Under the pieces are notes generated by a model that saw nothing but the letters and a program-made list of their open reading frames with translations, made no database searches and was not told where the DNA came from. 64,000 bases of DNA from Vulcanimicrobiota bacterium (GTDB lineage Bacteria; Vulcanimicrobiota; Vulcanimicrobiia; Vulcanimicrobiales; Vulcanimicrobiaceae), in the NCBI GenBank assembly GCA_963820825.1, contig CAWGBN010000003.1:60876-124875 (forward strand), read 5' to 3'. This document shows positions 61,801 to 64,000 of the stretch, in pieces (within the stretch, counting starts at the first letter, position 1; each line of letters starts with the position of its first letter). The translations under genes were made by a program, and so were the position numbers.

Positions 61801-62944
61801 CGAGGAGCTCGTCGCGGGTCGTCACGTAGAGAATGCCCTTCGGCTTCGCGCCGACCCAGTGTCCCGAGCGGCCGATGCGCTGCAGCGCGACGGCAATTGC
61901 GCGCGGCGAACCGAGCTGCACCACGAGATCGACCGAGCCGATATCGATGCCGAGCTCGAGCGAAGCAGTCGCAACCACCGCGCGCAGCTCGCCGGCGCGC
62001 AACCGGCGTTCCACGTCGAATCGCGTCTCGCGCGAGAGACTGCCGTGATGCGGCATGACGAATCCGTCGCCGAGACGCTCGTTGAGCGCGAAGGCGACGC
62101 GCTCGCTCATGCGGCGGGTTCCGACGAAGATCAGCGTCGTGCGGTGCGCTTGGATTTGCTCGGCGACGCGATCGTAGATGTCGCCCCACATCTCCTTGCT
62201 GGCGACGGGGCCGAGTTCGTCGGCCGGAACGCAAACCGAAAGCTCCATCTCGCGGCGATGGCCGATGTTGACGATCGTCGCGCCCGGGCTGAGGAACCGC
62301 GCCACCTCTTCGATGGGGCGCACCGTCGCGGAGAGACCGATGCGTTGGGGCCGCTCTCCGCCTTCGCGGCGCACCAAATCGTCGAGGCGCGCGAGCGTCA
62401 GCGCGAGGTGCGCGCCGCGCTTGTCGGCAGCGATTGCGTGAATCTCGTCGACGATGACGGTCGTCACGCCGGCAAAGAGGCGACGCGACTTCTCGGCCGT
62501 CAGCAGAATATAGAGCGACTCGGGCGTCGTCACCAAGACGTGCGGCGGTTTCCGAAGCATTTGCTGGCGCTGCGCCGGCGTCGTATCTCCGGTTCGAACG
62601 GCGGTGCGGATCGGCATCAGGGACGCGAGCCGGTCGTTCGCCAGCGCGAGCAGCGCCGCCAGCGGCTTCTCGAGATTCTCGCGCACGTCGTTGGTCAGCG
62701 CCTTGAGCGGGGAGACGTAGACCGCGAGCGTTTGGTCCGTGAGTGTTCCCGCGCTCGCCCGGCGCACGAGATCGTCGAGGGTCAGCGTGAAGGCTGCCAG
62801 CGTCTTCCCCGAACCGGTCGGCGCCGATATCAAGACGTCTTGGCCGGCGCGGATGGCCGGCCAGCCCTGCGCCTGCGGCTCGGTCATCGCCCCAAACGTC
62901 GACGAGAACCACTCGCCAACGAGCGGATGGAAATCCCTCGGCAT
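58895..62944 (-). CDS. lhr: Lhr-family DEAD/H helicase
   Basis: APTGSGKT, YVSPLKAL, TTPESL, DEIH, GLSAT, HHGSLS, QRIGRSGH; C-terminal RGGRFVAGFVGEQFA. Confidence 0.93.
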   Translation of the reverse strand: MPRDFHPLVGEWFSSTFGAMTEPQAQGWPAIRAGQDVLISAPTGSGKTLAAFTLTLDDLVRRASAGTLTDQTLAVYVSPLKALTNDVRENLEKPLAALLALANDRLASLMPIRTAVRTGDTTPAQRQQMLRKPPHVLVTTPESLYILLTAEKSRRLFAGVTTVIVDEIHAIAADKRGAHLALTLARLDDLVRREGGERPQRIGLSATVRPIEEVARFLSPGATIVNIGHRREMELSVCVPADELGPVASKEMWGDIYDRVAEQIQAHRTTLIFVGTRRMSERVAFALNERLGDGFVMPHHGSLSRETRFDVERRLRAGELRAVVATASLELGIDIGSVDLVVQLGSPRAIAVALQRIGRSGHWVGAKPKGILYVTTRDELLECGALVRAIRAGGLDALRIPEAPLDILAQQIVAACAQHEWPVEALYDLIRSAYPYRQLARSDFDDVVTMLADGVATSRGRSGTFLHYDRVNGRLRARRGARLAAITCGGAIPDTANYNVVVEPEGHVIGTLDEDFAIESMAGDIFLLGTNSWKIRRVEAGVVRVEDAHGAPPSIPFWNGEGLGRTIELSREVCAVRTAIDERDDAAAYAWLETQCALDRAGAEQAVAYVRAGKAMLGIVPTDRTIVAERFFDEGGGMQLILHTPFGARINRAWGLALRKKFCRSFNLELQAAATDNGFVLSLSDQHAFPLDAVFEFVKSPSAETTLTQALLPAPMFAARWRWNASRALAILRFSGGRKVPPQILRMRADDLLAAVFPDQAACPENLTGPIRIPDHVLVRETIGNCLREAMDLDGLLEVLRSVETGAMRTVAIDTPEPSVFCHEILNANPYAYLDDAPLEERRARAVQLRRTLRDDVDGAGVLDRAAIAEVAAESWPVVRDADELHDALTSLIVLPPVAAWSAWFDELVADRRALRLRCGQATSSDELWSCTERAELARAAYGVASEERDLAVTEILRGWLESSGPQSVAQLAERLRIDAGAIEAALLRLEAQGQVLRGRFTDSKAAEEEWCNRRVLARIHRLTIGTLRREIEPVTAAAYAAFLQRWQHVAAASRLHGIDGTLQIVRQLEGIEIPAFAWESQILPARVAGYRPELLDRLCYAGDVMWGRLTPHPSLEPGFAPERTRVRPTRLAPIALFLRANADELIARRRSDPAALSHAALEVLEQIELMRAPFFAEIARATKRLPSEIEEALWQLVAAGLVTADGFDALRSLSDPKRRLGEKGLRARPRASSGRWTLLQAETARVDREAFARRLLARWGVVFRDVIARESLAPPWRDLLAIFRRMESRGEIRGGRFVAGFVGEQFALPEAIDALRAVRRAGADREPVNLGPYDPLNLAGIVLPGAVA

Positions 62945-63006
62945 CGTCCTCCAAGACACGCCTCGCGCCGAAAGAGTGGCTGCTTCCCGGCCCGAACCGG
63001 GCCGAA

Positions 63007-63312
63007 ATGCCTAGCTTGCTCTTGGCCGCAGTCCTTCAGATTGGCGACATGGCCCGAATCGTCGACTTGGAAGAGCCGGCGATCGCTCCGAATCGAACGC
63101 GCGTCGCGCTGATTGCGATCACGCAAGATCTCGCGCACGCGGCCGACATAAATAATCTTGCGATCGTCGATCTCCGTTCCGGACGTTCCACGATCGTGGT
63201 CCGGGGCGCCGACGTCGCGGTTCCGCGCTGGTCGCCGGACGGATCTCGCCTCGCCTATACCGCGCGGCCGACCGCGAGCGGCGTTCGCCAGCTCTCGCTG
63301 GAGGACCCGTAG
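63007..63312 (+). pseudogene. Truncated N-terminus of a PD40/TolB-type propeller protein (S9 peptidase-like)
   Basis: EPAIAPNRTRVA and PRWSPDGSRLAY, then a stop after 101 aa. Confidence 0.65.
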
Positions 63313-63385
63313 CTGTATCCCCGTGGACGCCCCCTCCAGCACGGATCGACCGGGGCCGTCGCTCTTCCTGAAGCCGTCGCTTCCG

Positions 63386-63495
63386 GGCTGCAACCGGCTC
63401 GCGGGCTCCTACGCCGTCGAGAACGACGGGCCGCTCACCCTTTCGCAGGGCTGGCAGGGGCCATGGTGGCGTGCCCCGAGCCGGCGATGGCGCTC
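63386..63495 (+). pseudogene. META/HslJ domain fragment
   Basis: GCNRLAGSYAV..PLTLSQ, frameshift, then LAGAMVACPEPAMAL. Confidence 0.55.
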
Positions 63496-63707
63496 GGCTC
63501 GGGGATCGACTGGCGCAGGCCCTGGAGAAGGAAGCGAAGCAGTCGGGCCTGGCCAAAGGGCAAATCGCACGCCGGGCGCTCGAGGCCCTCCTGCAGCAGG
63601 AAGGAAAGCTGCGCGTCATGTCGCAGTACTTCGGCACGTGCGGCGGGCCGGCGGACCTGAGCACCAACAAGGCCTATCGACGCGCCTGGACGCGGCGACG
63701 GGCATGA
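63471..63707 (+). CDS. VapB-like RHH antitoxin, N-terminus apparently replaced
   Basis: RLAQALEKEAKQSGLAKGQIARRALE and GPADLSTNKAY; ATGA overlap with the PIN gene. Confidence 0.65.
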   Translation: MPRAGDGARLGDRLAQALEKEAKQSGLAKGQIARRALEALLQQEGKLRVMSQYFGTCGGPADLSTNKAYRRAWTRRRA

Positions 63708-64000
63708 AGCACATCCTCGACGCGGGTCCGCTCATCGCCGCCCTGAATCGCGACGACCGGTACCACAAGTGGGCGTGCTCCACGCTCGACCGTCTCGGTC
63801 CTCCGTTCTGCTCCTGCCCCGAGGCCCTCGCGGAGGCGGCGGCCATGACGGGACAGCCAGCCGCGATCGTGGAGATGGTGCGGGCCGGTGAGATCGTGCT
63901 GACGTTCGACCTGTCGGCGCAAGCGGCCAGCGTGCTGGCCCTGCTGAAGAAGCACGCGGACCGCGACATGGATCTGGCGGACGCCTGCATCGTCCGCATG
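63704..64000 (+). CDS. vapC: VapC/PIN-domain toxin, 3' partial
   Basis: MKHILDAGPLIAALNRDDRYH, EALAEA, MDLADACIVRM. Confidence 0.85.
   Translation, partial: MKHILDAGPLIAALNRDDRYHKWACSTLDRLGPPFCSCPEALAEAAAMTGQPAAIVEMVRAGEIVLTFDLSAQAASVLALLKKHADRDMDLADACIVRM

Noticed and set aside
58895..64000. Lhr plus VapBC as a novel defence system
   Set aside because: Lhr here is the standard repair-type architecture, divergently oriented and separated from vapBC by a mosaic junction; no evidence of functional linkage

Overview
High-GC bacterial chromosomal window. The gene style (many secreted lipoproteins, a large phosphoesterase expansion, Firmicutes-like rlmD-gatCAB and yqeG-aroE neighbourhoods) suggests a Terrabacteria soil lineage such as Eremiobacterota/Vulcanimicrobiota; this is inference and was not tested. 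Left to right: the end of a Tad pilus locus (tadB, tadC, prepilin peptidase); a cell-envelope and glycosylation region (O-acyltransferase, DUF2079, an internally duplicated GT-C protein, a MalT/BTAD-type regulator, GT2, two GT4s, polysaccharide deacetylase); secreted proteins, including seven phosphoesterase/PLC-family paralogues, five of them contiguous; tRNA-Pro(GGG) abutting the HU stop codon; a housekeeping block (aroQ, hslO, tyrS, mutS2, gatCAB, rlmD, tRNA-Ser, aroE, yqeG); a class II ribonucleotide reductase with a 438-aa LAGLIDADG intein and upstream NrdR/DnaA-like boxes; multicopper oxidase; a BNR/VPS10 protein; Lhr helicase; and a mosaic right end (truncated propeller gene, META fragment, VapBC). 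Several genes carry 1-2 bp indels in short repeats, probably sequencing errors. I saw no CRISPR array, transposase or integrase. The best candidates for undescribed biology are the phosphoesterase lipoprotein array, a small possibly ubiquitin-like protein next to tRNA-Pro, the zero-spacer HU-tRNA junction, and two core genes without canonical start codons. All annotation is by eye from motifs; no database searches were run.
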